Origin: Fistulifera solaris
Lineage: Eukaryota
Assembly: GCA_030295235.1 (NCBI GenBank)
Contig: AP026139.1
Coordinates: 558,001 to 622,000, forward strand
Reading direction: 5' to 3'
Length of the DNA stretch: 64,000 nucleotides
In this document: piece by piece, positions 1 through 10,686 of the stretch
Position numbering within the stretch: the stretch's first letter is position 1
How the letters are laid out: each line of letters starts with the position of its first letter
The notes under the pieces: generated by a model
Databases searched by the model: none
What the model saw: the letters and a program-made list of their open reading frames with translations, nothing else
Told to the model about the DNA's origin: nothing
Translations under genes and position numbers: made by a program

Positions 1-717
1 ATTCTCTGGTTTCGAACATCATTTTCTTTGTCGTTTTTTCGCTGTTTCTGCTCCTCGTTGGGCTCCTCTCTTGATCTCGTCGTTTTTCGTTTCAGTTTAG
101 GATCATTTGTATTGTTATTTCGCTTTCGTTCCCCTTCGGGCGTCGGTGGCATTTTGGAACGCATGGGTCGTCGCGCCTCTTTCTTTTTTATTCTTTTTCT
201 TTTTGGATTTTTCCTTATAATTTTTGATGTCTTCTTTTTTCTCTTCATGCAAATAGGTGACACTTTGGATGCGGAATTCCATCTGTTCGATTTCGCAGGA
301 CTTTTGGTACAATAAATCGTCCGTTTCTCGGACCGCCTGACGCAAAAACGCAATAGTCTTTTTCAATCCTTCACATTCTTTGCATTTTCGTTGATAGAGC
401 TCTTGCAAAATCTCAATTTCGGTGTCTGGCAAATAAGATGTTTCTACAAACGAACCGCCATTTTCTCGGGTGCCACCAGCTAGAGATTTTTCTGACGAAT
501 TATCCTGCGCGTCTCTTCCTGCCTCCAGGCCTTCTGTCGGTAGCTCCAATAAATCCTCAGTGTCTGGTTTGTCGACGAACGATGGCTCGTGAATCATCCT
601 CGCCGGCTTAATAACCGAATCATCATCATCGCCCCAGGTCGGAATGTTACCTATGACGCGTAACTCCTCTTCGCTCCGCGGCCCGTCAAATACACCACCA
701 TGATCTGGTTCGACCAT
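1..717 (-). CDS. Hypothetical coiled-coil protein, 5' part; continues off the left edge
   Basis: ORF 115..717 has a heptad-rich segment (LQELYQRKCKECEGLKKTIAFLRQAV). A second frame (...PKGNESENNNTNDPKLKRK...) stays open to base 1, implying a frameshift in the A-rich tract. Confidence 0.55.
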
Positions 718-1157
718 CTCAGTGGACGATGCTTCGAACCAAAATCTTCATCGATAGGCAAAGATGCAAAGTTTCCTTAATGCTTTCTTTTGGGCCGGTC
801 ACAATTCCTGCAAATGTAATGCAAGGCAATAAACTTTATGCCTGTACTTTTTTATTCGCGGTACGCTGATTTCTTGTTTCGTAGTGAGGTACTTGGTGTG
901 TACTACTTTGTATACACCCCTGTCCTATGCGCGTGATGTTATTCTCAACTGGAATGTACCTGTACGACTTTTTCATGGCATTGCGTGTTTCGACTTTCGA
1001 CATTCGCGCACTTCATTGCAATGCAACAAATGGAATGACAAAAGCGTTGGTAGTGAAGAGGATACGATCGATATCGAACGGTTTTTTTGACTCGTTTTTC
1101 TTAATAATTTCCTGAAAAAACAATTCGATTGCGCGAGACTAGTCGGACGAGTACGAC

Positions 1158-2246
1158 ATGATGGGAATGAATACGTTCAATAATCGGCATAGGAGAACTC
1201 TTTTCTTGTGGTTTTGGATTACGCAATGCCTACGGCAAGCCTCTGCCGACGAGGACCCTCAATTGTTTGTGACGGGTACGACTCCTTTTCTGAACCGCAA
1301 AGATTCGAATCCGTTTGCTCCTGATCGAACTTCACAGGCTCCCTACGTGCACTGGACTTGTTACGACCGCCAAAAATCAACAACGCCATTGCAGTGCTGT
1401 CAAACCATTTATCAAATGATCCAAACGGATCCTGAAACACTCCGCTGGAGAACTAAACAAAAAGGGCCTTCGAAGTTTGATAAGAAAGACTTTTTGCAGT
1501 ACTGTACCAAGAATCTACGACCGATACCGAATTCTCCCCATCCTCCTGGACCTAGGGCTCGCTATACACTCGTCCGAGTACCGGAAGGAACGAAACTAAA
1601 CATTCGCAATTGGTCTCAAATATTCGGGTCGGCTACCGAAAGTAGAGTTCCTACTCACCAGTGGTCTTCCGATGACGTGATCTCACCGATTGCCCCATCC
1701 CGGAAAGCCAGGCAATTATTTCTTCCGAGCAAAGAAGAAGAAGACGAACGTATCTCGTCGTCCCCAGCAACCTTTAGTGCCCAATTACAGACGGTCTTTG
1801 TCGCCGATGAAGACTATGACACCAAACGGTACCTCCGACATACATTGACTACACCAGCACTGTCCGAAACATCGGTTACCATCGAAATGCAATTATTATT
1901 GTTTCTTCCCGAAGGGGTCGCTTTGGGGAAACAAAGTCGCGGCGTGACTCCTTGTATCACAAAGGGATGCGAAGTCGAGACTCGCACGGCGTTATCCACC
2001 CAAACGTCCTTGACGCAATTGGATGTGGTGACTACCCAATTGACGGCAACGCTCGAGGGAAATTCGTTGCAGTGGATGACGCAGTTGATTTTAGAAGACG
2101 ACGAAAGTTACACGATACCGGCTCCGATCCTTCATTACGGAAAGCTGATAATGGACGATAGAGTACTCGAATTTGACGGAGAAGCTACCATGGCAAATCC
2201 GATTGTGACCGATTTAGAGGAAGCATGGAAGGGGGATGAGTTGTAA
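1158..2246 (+). CDS. Hypothetical secreted/ER-lumen protein
   Basis: 362-aa ORF with hydrophobic N-terminus (LFLWFWITQCLRQASA) and C-terminal GDEL resembling an ER-retention signal. Confidence 0.65.
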   Translation: MMGMNTFNNRHRRTLFLWFWITQCLRQASADEDPQLFVTGTTPFLNRKDSNPFAPDRTSQAPYVHWTCYDRQKSTTPLQCCQTIYQMIQTDPETLRWRTKQKGPSKFDKKDFLQYCTKNLRPIPNSPHPPGPRARYTLVRVPEGTKLNIRNWSQIFGSATESRVPTHQWSSDDVISPIAPSRKARQLFLPSKEEEDERISSSPATFSAQLQTVFVADEDYDTKRYLRHTLTTPALSETSVTIEMQLLLFLPEGVALGKQSRGVTPCITKGCEVETRTALSTQTSLTQLDVVTTQLTATLEGNSLQWMTQLILEDDESYTIPAPILHYGKLIMDDRVLEFDGEATMANPIVTDLEEAWKGDEL

Positions 2247-2517
2247 GTTCATAAAAAGCAGTATGTATGGCGCTCACAAAAGAGCGATCTGGAACCATGG
2301 ATTCGAAGTGAATAAAAGTTGATTCGTCTAGTCGTTCGTCGAGTCGCAGTACACATCTCTTTGAGGATGGATTGGATGACAAGCTAAAAGAAACAACCTA
2401 AGCTAGTTTTAGGTCGTATAGGACTAAAATTGTATGCCGCAACCGGAAAAACTAAATAAGGTATCTCATTTATGTTCCCGTTGCAAGGATAGATCAGAGA
2501 CTTACTAGGAAATTCGT

Positions 2518-3360
2518 TTACTTGGTGTCGACGCTCAACAAAAGATTGGATCCACCAGATTCGCCACCACCGCCCGGTAAATAGACGATATTGCGCGATT
2601 GCGCCAACTTTCCGGCAATTTCTTTCGCTGCATCAATACGACGAACTTCCACAATGGCGTTTCCTGTCTTCTCCATCGCCTTCGTGATGATACTCGCCGC
2701 TTCGGCTTCTCCCTCTGCACGAGTCACCACCGCAATACGTTCTTGCTCCGCCTTTTTGACGACCCACTGCTGACGTTCCGCTTCCTGCGAAGCCACCTGT
2801 TTCATTTCGATGGCTTTCATAAATTCTCTCCCGAACGTCAAATGCGTAATCGCCACATCATCCAAGGTCAAATGAAAGTGTCTAGCTCTCTTGGTCATGG
2901 CTTCCTTAATGCGGTTGGAGACTTCCGCACGCTTTGACAAGAGCTCTTCGGCATTGTACTGCGCCACAATGGACTTCAAGACTTCATTCCCAATCGAGGG
3001 CAAGACACGCTCATCGAAATCGGTACCAAGTTCACGGTACAGGGCGGGCAACTCTTCGACAATGGGACGCCAGAGCACACGTAGTTTGATATTGACCATC
3101 TGCAAGTCCTTGGTACCGGTAATGGAGGGAATTTCGCGGGGTTTGGTACGAACGTCCATAACAATGGGTCGTTGCACGACGGGAATCATGAAATGAGTGC
3201 CTTCTCCTCGTACATCGGAACGAATACCACCGCGGAGCGTATCGAAGAGAACCGCACGTTCTCCTCCGTCCACATTGTATATGCACTGCGAGACCGTGAA
3301 TGTTCCCACCGCGAGTACTCCAGAGAGACGACCGAGTCGATTTAAAGCTGCTTCTGCCAT
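2518..3360 (-). CDS. PHB: Prohibitin (SPFH/band-7 family)
   Basis: Motifs YNVDGGERAVLFD, GTKDLQMVNI, ERVLPSIGNEVLKSIVAQYNAEEL, RAEGEAEAA. Confidence 0.95.
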   Translation of the reverse strand: MAEAALNRLGRLSGVLAVGTFTVSQCIYNVDGGERAVLFDTLRGGIRSDVRGEGTHFMIPVVQRPIVMDVRTKPREIPSITGTKDLQMVNIKLRVLWRPIVEELPALYRELGTDFDERVLPSIGNEVLKSIVAQYNAEELLSKRAEVSNRIKEAMTKRARHFHLTLDDVAITHLTFGREFMKAIEMKQVASQEAERQQWVVKKAEQERIAVVTRAEGEAEAASIITKAMEKTGNAIVEVRRIDAAKEIAGKLAQSRNIVYLPGGGGESGGSNLLLSVDTK

Positions 3361-3832
3361 TGTTGAATGAATGGGAAAAGAAATTTATGCAATGTTGCGA
3401 GTTGTATTGTTTATTATTTGCTCGTATCTCCACCGCTGCGCTTTTTTTTCATGGAGCAGGCGAGTGATCGGGTCTCGAGTTTACGAGTTACGTGACGGGG
3501 AGCATGTAGTGTAGAATAAAAAGTTGATGTAAATACCATGCATGCGGCACTTCTGTAAACTCCCCGGAGAAACGAAAAGATCGGGTGGGAACGAAAAAAC
3601 GCACAGTCAGTCCGTCTCACTGCTTGGCAACATAACCTGTTCCGATTATGATTCACGCCATCGAGTCACGAATCTGGCGTCCTCCAATTCCGAATGCGTC
3701 AGTGCGTCAACGCAAAGTTCTGTTCTGCGTTTTCTTTTCTTGACACACTTTTTGACCACTGGCCACACACTTCCGTTGACCCGCCGATCCACCGAACGTC
3801 AACAGCGTTCATCCAAACATGCTGTTGTACGA

Positions 3833-3878
3833 ACAATAGTCAACAATCATCATCCAAACAATAGTCAACAATCATCAT
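3833..3878 (+). repeat. Short tandem duplication (aacaatagtcaacaatcatcat x2) just upstream of ATG 3877
   Basis: Two copies visible directly, ~25 bp period. Confidence 0.8.
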
Positions 3879-4202
3879 GGTCCCACAAATGAGAGACAAG
3901 GCGGCACCCAACCCTTCCCATTATCACATGAAGAAAACAAACGACGAACCCATCTCGTCGACACCACCCATTTCACGCTCGATCAAAATCGTTCCCGCTC
4001 CATTGAATTCGTTGCAATTGCAACAAGAGAATTACGAGGCTTTTGTGCATGGACGGGATGACAAGATGTATTCCCGCATTGCGATGGGTCGAAGTCGTGG
4101 GAATCCTCCTCTCGTGGTCTCAATCACTCACCCGACGATGTTGAACCAGAGAAGGAGACGTCGTATGAGGAGGAGGAAGGGATTTTTGAAATCGATCTCT
4201 GA
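3877..4202 (+). CDS. Small hypothetical protein with acidic C-terminus (frameshift near 3' end)
   Basis: ORF 3877..4206 contains DDKMYSRIAMG. An alternative frame at 4143-4202 reads EPEKETSYEEEEGIFEIDL*, which looks like the real C-terminus. Confidence 0.5.
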
Positions 4203-4379
4203 TTAATTTCACCCATGGTCGATTCAGGGAAAAATGGTATTTTGGTTGCGGTCGTTTTTGTTACTTTTTCAAGAACGAATGAACATTTTGAAGCTTTTTT
4301 TGCATGCTACACTTTTCCCTGAAGCGCATCTCTTTATTTTTGGCTACTTGAACCAATTTTCTGGCTAGCTTTTCTCAAT

Positions 4380-5500
4380 TTAAATTAAAATCTTTTGCTT
4401 ATCATATGAGGATACTGAAGATAAATTGCCTGTCAAGCGATTCAATATCTTGTCTGTTTCGTTCTCCTGTCTGGACATTTTGTAAATCCATGTGTTATCA
4501 ATCATTTGGTGCCGATCGACATGATAAGCCGTCCCAAATGTTGCATAAAATGGCACAGCTACAAAGGCCGAAGTCCCCGCTGCGATGCTTTGATTCGCCA
4601 TGATCGATCGAGTAAAGGCGAGCGTGATGGTTTCCGTTGGAGCATTTCGAATCGTGACAGTCGTCTTTGGAACCAGAAAGTATCGCACAACGACTCGTAT
4701 CCTTACGATCATTCTTTCGGACCTGACCATGGAACGGTTGTGTGATAGTGCCAATGGAACGCGCTTCTTCCGAAATAAAGCGGGCCAGTGTAGTAAACGG
4801 AGCATATCCATAGTCAGGACCATGTTTCTCCTCGAGTAAATCACCACAACGGAATAATGAATGGTCACAACATCGATTTCAATACCGGTAAATAAAGGTA
4901 ACAAAGGAGTCGGTAAATGCAGTCTTTGTTCTCTGTATTCATCCATCTGAAAATTTGCCGCGGGATGGTGTGCAGAAGGAAATTACCTATCATACTCACG
5001 GCCATTCTTCGGAGTTCATACCGAATATCCTCGACAATCCGACCATCCATATCCATGTGGCATGACAGGCTGTTTCCAGCGAAAGTCGAGAGAGTTACGT
5101 TGATAAGACCCAAATTTCCCCATGATCCAGAATATGACTAACTGGCTCTAATTTTCGGTCTCCCGACATTCCATTTCCAGTTCGACATGGCCCATCCGGT
5201 ACACCGCTTGACGAACACTGTACAAAAACCACAATCAATTCCCTGTTCCGCAACCGCTGGTATACATTTCTTCGCAATCGAATTGATAATAGTACCGAAC
5301 AATGTCGTCGTCTATTGAATGATGATTCAACGCGAGATGTTTCGCCACATCCTCGCACAAGGGGATCCGGCTTCTTTCGAAAAACTGGCGAAGGTGTTTG
5401 TAAATTATTTTTGGTTGTGAAATATCGATCGAAGTACTTTTTCTTCGGTAGTGTTTTATGGAGTTACTTGATCTTCACGAAGAGGCACAGTCGAAAGTTT
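4380..5500 (-). pseudogene. Probable pseudogene of a diatom glycosyltransferase-like (GT11/fucosyltransferase-like) family
   Basis: Fragments across frames: GCGTGN*LWFLY, IRYELRRMAVSMIG, DVVTIH../RCGD, YGYAPF, SIGTITQPF, RSIMANQ...YATFG. In-frame stops TGA (5235-5237) and TAG (5148-5150) plus several frameshifts. 5' end approximate. Confidence 0.5.
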
Positions 5501-5713
5501 GGACGAATAAACAGAAGATCGCAGCAAAGAGTGCACGGCTAGCAGGGACGAGCACAGAGCATAGACTTGCTGTGTGCTAAGGGAAGCCATCACCCCGCTA
5601 CAGCATTTTGATCGTATCGTCTACTTGCAACTGAGGGCGACAGCAGGATCTTGAGGAAAAGTGACCAACAATTCAATGCAATGGGTCACATTTTTGCAAA
5701 TCTTCTTCGTACC

Positions 5714-5800
5714 GGAAACGACGTTAAAATTCTGCCTCCAGTACAAGATGAGTCGAGCTACGAAGCGTAGACGTCGACGCAGAATTTTAACGCCGTTTCC
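5714..5800. mobile_element. MITE-like element copy A (87 bp, 22-bp terminal inverted repeats)
   Basis: ggaaacgacgttaaaattctgc (5714-5735) pairs with gcagaattttaacgccgtttcc (5779-5800) at 21/22; CC on both flanks. Confidence 0.6.
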
Positions 5801-5846
5801 CCGATGAAATAAGCGTTTCTGTACTATAAGTTTTGCAATGATAAAC

Positions 5847-5965
5847 AGGAACGACCATACTACGATGACAGCACCGCTTCCCGTCTGCTCAGCGAAGTTA
5901 AGCATCGTCAGGCCCGGTTAGTACTACGGTGGGGGACCACGTTGGAATCCCGGGTGTTGTTCTTT
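5847..5965 (+). rRNA. 5S rRNA: Cytosolic 5S rRNA gene, copy 1
   Basis: 119 nt AGGAACGACCATAC...CCCGTCTGCTCAGCGAAGTTAAGC...GGTTAGTACTACGGTGGGGGACCAC...GTGTTGTTCTTT. Contains eukaryotic 5S hallmarks (GAAGTTAAGC, TTAGTAC, GGGACC); ends pair as helix I; followed by T-runs. Confidence 0.95.
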
Positions 5966-5972
5966 GCTTTTT
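5961..5972 (+). terminator. Pol III oligo-T terminator of 5S copy 1
   Basis: tctttgcttttt at the 3' end; a similar tract follows copy 2. Confidence 0.65.
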
Positions 5973-6022
5973 CCTCTCCAGCGCGAAATCGAAATGGCCT
6001 TGCATGTTTGGTTTGATATCAG

Positions 6023-6298
6023 AACCAAAGGAAGAATAATACGGAGTACCTACTAACTATTAAGCAATCGTGAACCATATTAAGCAATCGTGAACCAACT
6101 ACTATGAATGAATTACTGCGCTCCTATACGGTGCACACGGTTCCAGTACTGTACCTGGTAGTGTATAAAATGCTTCGATGGCAATAATTTGCGTTCGGCC
6201 CTTTTGCGTTCAAAGGAACACAACCAAAGTAAAAGAATAATACGTAAGCAATCGTGAAGGAACTATCCAGAACTATGAATGAATTATTGCACTCTTAC
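6023..6298 (+). repeat. Degenerate direct repeat pair (~6023-6125 and ~6222-6298) with an internal tattaagcaatcgtgaacca tandem
   Basis: Both units read aaccaaag..aagaataatacg...taagcaatcgtgaa...actatgaatgaatta.tgc.ctc. Confidence 0.75.
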
Positions 6299-6425
6299 TC
6301 TTGCGTCCCGAGCTCCCCGCTCCCCGGGCAACAAAATACCCGCCGCTCTCCTCACCCGGGTCGCATGCTTTTGCTCTTTCAACATTATTTTCTGTTGGAT
6401 TCTTTCCTAGCTATACAGAGCACAG

Positions 6426-6505
6426 GGAAGGACGTTAAAATTCTGCCTCCCAGTACAAGGTTCTACGTAGCGTCCACGACGAGGCAGAATTTTAACGCCG
6501 TTTCC
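6426..6505. mobile_element. MITE-like element copy B (80 bp)
   Basis: ggaaggacgttaaaattctgcctc ... gaggcagaattttaacgccgtttcc. Shares internal cagtacaag and ctacg.agcgt with copy A; AG on both flanks. Confidence 0.6.
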
Positions 6506-6588
6506 AGACTATTTCTCGAAACATCCAAACCCCCTAGCCGATAACAATATTCAATTATACATTGCCCATTTAGCTAAGCATATTTTTC

Positions 6589-8182
6589 ATGAAGAACGAC
6601 GCCGAAGAAGGAGCCTGGGATGTCTTTGGGAGCGAGGAGGAAGATGATAATTCGAGTCACTCTACGAACGACGTGCGGAAAGACTCTTCGGCCGTTCCAC
6701 TTTTGTTGCAACAACTCACGCAGATATGGATGTTACAAAACGCAGGAGTTCGTTTGTCGGAGCGAATTGTCGGGTTATACGGGGAAGCAACAATGTGGAC
6801 AACAGCACTTGCGGAAAGAGAAATACAACCACAGCAAATCGATCATGCTACACCGAAGCCGTTCCATCAACCGTCGTATGATGCTATGATACTTTGTCTC
6901 GCACCGAATCAAAGTTCAGACGATATTTACTCGTTCTTGAAGGATTTTCGACGAATCGTACGGATGGTAGTTCCGGGAGGAATCATCATCCTTCCATTGA
7001 ACATTCGAGAGGCAATCATCCAATCGAGCAAAGAAGACTGGATGTTCAGCGAGCTCACAACACTGCAAAATAATAACAATGATCCTACAGACTCGAGTGG
7101 ATGGGAACTCGTGCAGAGGCGATTTTGTACAATACAATGGAAAACGTGTCGTTGGTTACCTTCCAATTACGATCTCGAAGCGGAATACGAACGAGCTCGT
7201 AAAGCTACGGTAGCTTTGTCCATGAGGGAACACAACCAGCGCAAGCTAACAGCACAATCCATCCAACGAGCCATCAAGGCTTTACAACAGTATGGCTATT
7301 GCATTATATCGGGTGGATTGATTCATCCGGAACAATCGAATCTCTATGGGCAAGCCGCATTGTCGGATCTCCAACAAGTGGCAGATACTTTACGGCAAGA
7401 AAAGGGATTGCAGCTCTTTGAGTCGGGTGTCATCTCGGAAGAAGCAGCTGTATATCGAGAAATCTCACAGAGGGAACATTTTCGTGTCGACATTCGACAT
7501 GGTCCTACGATGGAGAAGCTTCGAGGTACCTCAGGCAATGTCTCTCGTACGATGACGGCTTTGGAGAACGAAACAAATGATTTTTTGCGCGGGAATGCGG
7601 ATTTGTTGGAAATTATACGCCGTGTCATGAATCCTGTCAATGAAAACTTGTCACCGGGAAATTTCGGACGGTACAATTTTGAAGGACGAGGTCCTGATGG
7701 TAGCTTTCAAGATGTTCGCGTGGGTCCAGTGGGTGCTATCGTTACCTGGCCCGGTGCCACGGATCAAGCCTTACACGCCGATACGCCGCATCTATTTGAG
7801 CACATGGCGGCACTTCCGGCGCATTATATCAACGTGTTTACACCAGGATCGATGATCGTGAGCGAAGACGATGCACACAAAGTGGGTCAAACGGCCTTTT
7901 GCATGAAACTCATAAACTGGATGTGACTGCAAAGTACGAAGGCAATTCACGCGATTCATCTTTCGGTACTTCCGAGATGTGGCGGAAGCATTTGGTTCGT
8001 CCTCAATTGAATATGGGCGACGTTGTCCTTTTGATTGTCGCATCCTGCACTTTGGACTTCCTAACGAGTCCGAACACAATACATTTCGACCGTTGCTTTA
8101 CACCAACGTGACGATGCATTGGTTTCATGATCCGAAAAATTGGGACAATGAGAAGCGGATATTTTCCTCGTATGAAAGCTAG
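6589..8182 (+). CDS. PhyH-like 2-oxoglutarate/Fe(II) dioxygenase with N-terminal extra domain (frameshifts near 7900 and 8020)
   Basis: ALQQYGYCII, HxD motif QALHADTPHLF; downstream frames give GDVV../FDCRILHFGLPN..RPLLY. Confidence 0.8.
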
Positions 8183-8192
8183 CAATAAAACT

Positions 8193-8969
8193 TCAGCTAG
8201 AATCTGTTGTTTCGGCTCCTTCTTTTTGTTTGTTATATCTAAATGCGTTCCATTGTGACACCATCAAATCTAGCGGCTTCATCAGAGCCGTATGTATTTG
8301 ATTGTTGTGTTCTAAAGCAGCGAGAACCCACGAAATGGCTTCCGCGGTACAAAATTGATCATCGGCTTTCGCTTTACGAATTTCAAAGCGTCGCGGTTGG
8401 AATGATTTTTCTTCCAAGTCCTGTAAATCGATACTGATCCGCACAATATCTTTTGGATACTGATTTCGTTCCTGTAAAGTACGATCCATCTCACAAGCGT
8501 ATTGCCAAGTGGCATCTAAAAATACCACCGTCACAAACACGTTTTGCGTGTCTTCCTCTATTGTCTCTAATCGCTGCAGAGCCGTCGATAGCGAAATGGC
8601 CTGTGGACCCGGAAAGACTAACCACGTCTGATGGTGCGCCTGGGGATGCCGTGATCGACATTGCGCCTCCAAAATATTAGAAAGGGCATTCCCAGAGGCC
8701 ACATCAAATCGACGACCTATTACTACCGTCAAATGATCGGGATCGATCGAATGCTGTACGATGGGCAAACTGCGGTTTTTACGACGGAGTTCGTGGGGAT
8801 GCTGCAATACGAGACAGTGGGAACGATGTAATGTAAGCACAGGATGGGGTAACGCGGGGCAATAACAGGTCGAAGGCGTCGGCCGTTCACACTGAGGACA
8901 AATGGCCCGTGGTTTTCGGGATGAAGTCTCTGTTTCCTCAGTCTGCCACAACCAATCGTCAAGATTCAT
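8193..8969 (-). CDS. DTWD2: DTW-domain tRNA-uridine aminocarboxypropyltransferase (DTWD2/TapT-like)
   Basis: CPQCERP..CYC, LVLQHPHE, LVFPG, FLDATW, CTAEAI motifs; ATG at 8969. Confidence 0.88.
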   Translation of the reverse strand: MNLDDWLWQTEETETSSRKPRAICPQCERPTPSTCYCPALPHPVLTLHRSHCLVLQHPHELRRKNRSLPIVQHSIDPDHLTVVIGRRFDVASGNALSNILEAQCRSRHPQAHHQTWLVFPGPQAISLSTALQRLETIEEDTQNVFVTVVFLDATWQYACEMDRTLQERNQYPKDIVRISIDLQDLEEKSFQPRRFEIRKAKADDQFCTAEAISWVLAALEHNNQIHTALMKPLDLMVSQWNAFRYNKQKEGAETTDSS

Positions 8970-9215
8970 CTTGTTGCGAAAGTCGCTGATCCCTGTAGCA
9001 TAAAGGTTGCCTTCAACTTGTTGATCTTTACATGTCAATCTCGGCAATCATTTGCAGAGGCCTCGTGACTGAAATCCAGTCGCAAAAATTTATAGAGGAA
9101 ACGTTTGGATCTACGATAAGTTTTCCTACAGTGCCCGGCCCTGTGTTTCATATAGAGTATTTCTTTTAAGAATACTTCATTGCTTAATCTCCTTGTGATC
9201 ATAATCGATTTCGAA

Positions 9216-10045
9216 CTAGTTCATAGTACAATCATCTTTCATCAATCCCCACGACATCGCATCGAATTGCGTCAAATCGGTCAAAATTTCATCCGCAATT
9301 CCCACAAACGGACCATAATTGGGCATTCGTACATCGGGAACCGCCACCACCCAACAACCGGCGGCTTTCCCGGCTTTGGCACCCGCTACCGAATCTTCAA
9401 AGACCAAACAATGCTGCGGATCAACTTGCAAAAGTTCCGCCGCGTGCAAATAGATTTCGGGATGCGGTTTGGCGTTTCGAATCATATCACCCGTAACGAT
9501 GTGTTGCATATGACGGAATATTGTCGAGTGGTGTTTTCGTTTTTGTTGGACCGATTCCTGGCGCGATGAAGTGGCCAAACACATGGGAATATTGTTTGCC
9601 GCCAGTTGTTCGACCAATGCGGTCGCACCTTGGCATTCTTGTATTTGATCGGACATGTCGTGAAGTATCGATTCTTGTTTCTCCCAAAATACTTGCCATG
9701 GAGGTAATGGTTGGGTCAGTTCAAAATGCTGTTGCGCATAATCGAGGATCATGGGAACCCAGGCGTCACCGCGAAGACCGAGTGTCGGTTCTTTAATGTC
9801 CCAGGGAAGACGATCTCCGAGCTGCTCACGTAGTTTGGGGTCGACTTGGAGTGCTTCGAAGATAGAGATATCGCTCAGTGTTTCTGTATCCAGCAGAGTG
9901 CCTGAAAGAATGTTGGCAAACAAGAAGGATTGTGTCAACACAGTAAAGTTATAGGAACCAGCAAGTGTGATTGTGTATTCAGCCTACCATCCATATCCCA
10001 CAATACGGCTTGGATATAACGATGATTCAAGGTTGATAGAATCAT
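9216..10045 (-). CDS. HAD-superfamily phosphatase (HDHD1/PUDP- or CbbY-like); 2 exons
   Basis: Exon 1 MILSTLNHRYIQAVLWDMDG plus intron 9902-9987 restores DxDGTLLDTE; also LATSS, KPHPEIY, LVFEDS. Confidence 0.88.
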
Positions 10046-10250
10046 AATGGAACTTAGAAATATAGTTCTTCTCCGACCGCACCCAACAGTTCTGTTTTTG
10101 CGCCTTTTTGTTTTGTTTTCGTTTTTCGAAAAAAAGTGAAGATCAAAAAACGTTTCGTAGAAAATCGATGTTCAATACCGATAAGACGAGGGAGTCTTTT
10201 TTAACTCGGGCTACTATAGGTCCATAGTGTGCACTGTGCACTCAACGTTA

Positions 10251-10273
10251 TCACGACTGCATTCCAGTCATGA
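10251..10273. promoter_or_regulatory. Palindromic GACTG-N5-CAGTC motif (repeated at 10475-10494, 9063-9085, 58793-58817; related at 23960-23980)
   Basis: 20-bp exact repeat cacgactgcattccagtcat at 10252 and 10475; near-identical reverse complement at 58793. Confidence 0.5.
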
Positions 10274-10686
10274 ATCTCGATTTTTCCGAGCCAGACTACT
10301 ACCCAACCTTCGTTCGTTCTGCACGTTTTGTACGCTACATGAGTCTTTATCACGATGTAATAGCCTTCAACATCACTTATAATATAGACGTGTCGATTCT
10401 TTACATCGAATAGTTGTGAAGAGTTGTTCTGCGTTTTCACTCACATAGTCTCCAATGTGTCCGCGACTATTTGCCACGACTGCATTCCAGTCATTAGGCG
10501 TCGCGACCAAGAAGTAGCAAAAAAGCAAGACGGATGATGCGCGACAGAATGACAAATGCAAAATGCACGAAGACCAAAACTGGTGATAAAGTCAAAGGAT
10601 AACAAGTTCAATTACCTGGTATTCTAGACCACGAAACACAGTCCTTCCCCTTTGACCACTGCTCATCCAGAATATTAAAACCGAAT

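Noticed and set aside
1158..2246. PIG-X/PBN1 assignment
   Set aside because: Resemblance too weak and no C-terminal TM; left as hypothetical.
6023..6298. CRISPR-like array
   Set aside because: Only two to three degenerate units, no regular unique spacers, no cas genes, eukaryotic context.
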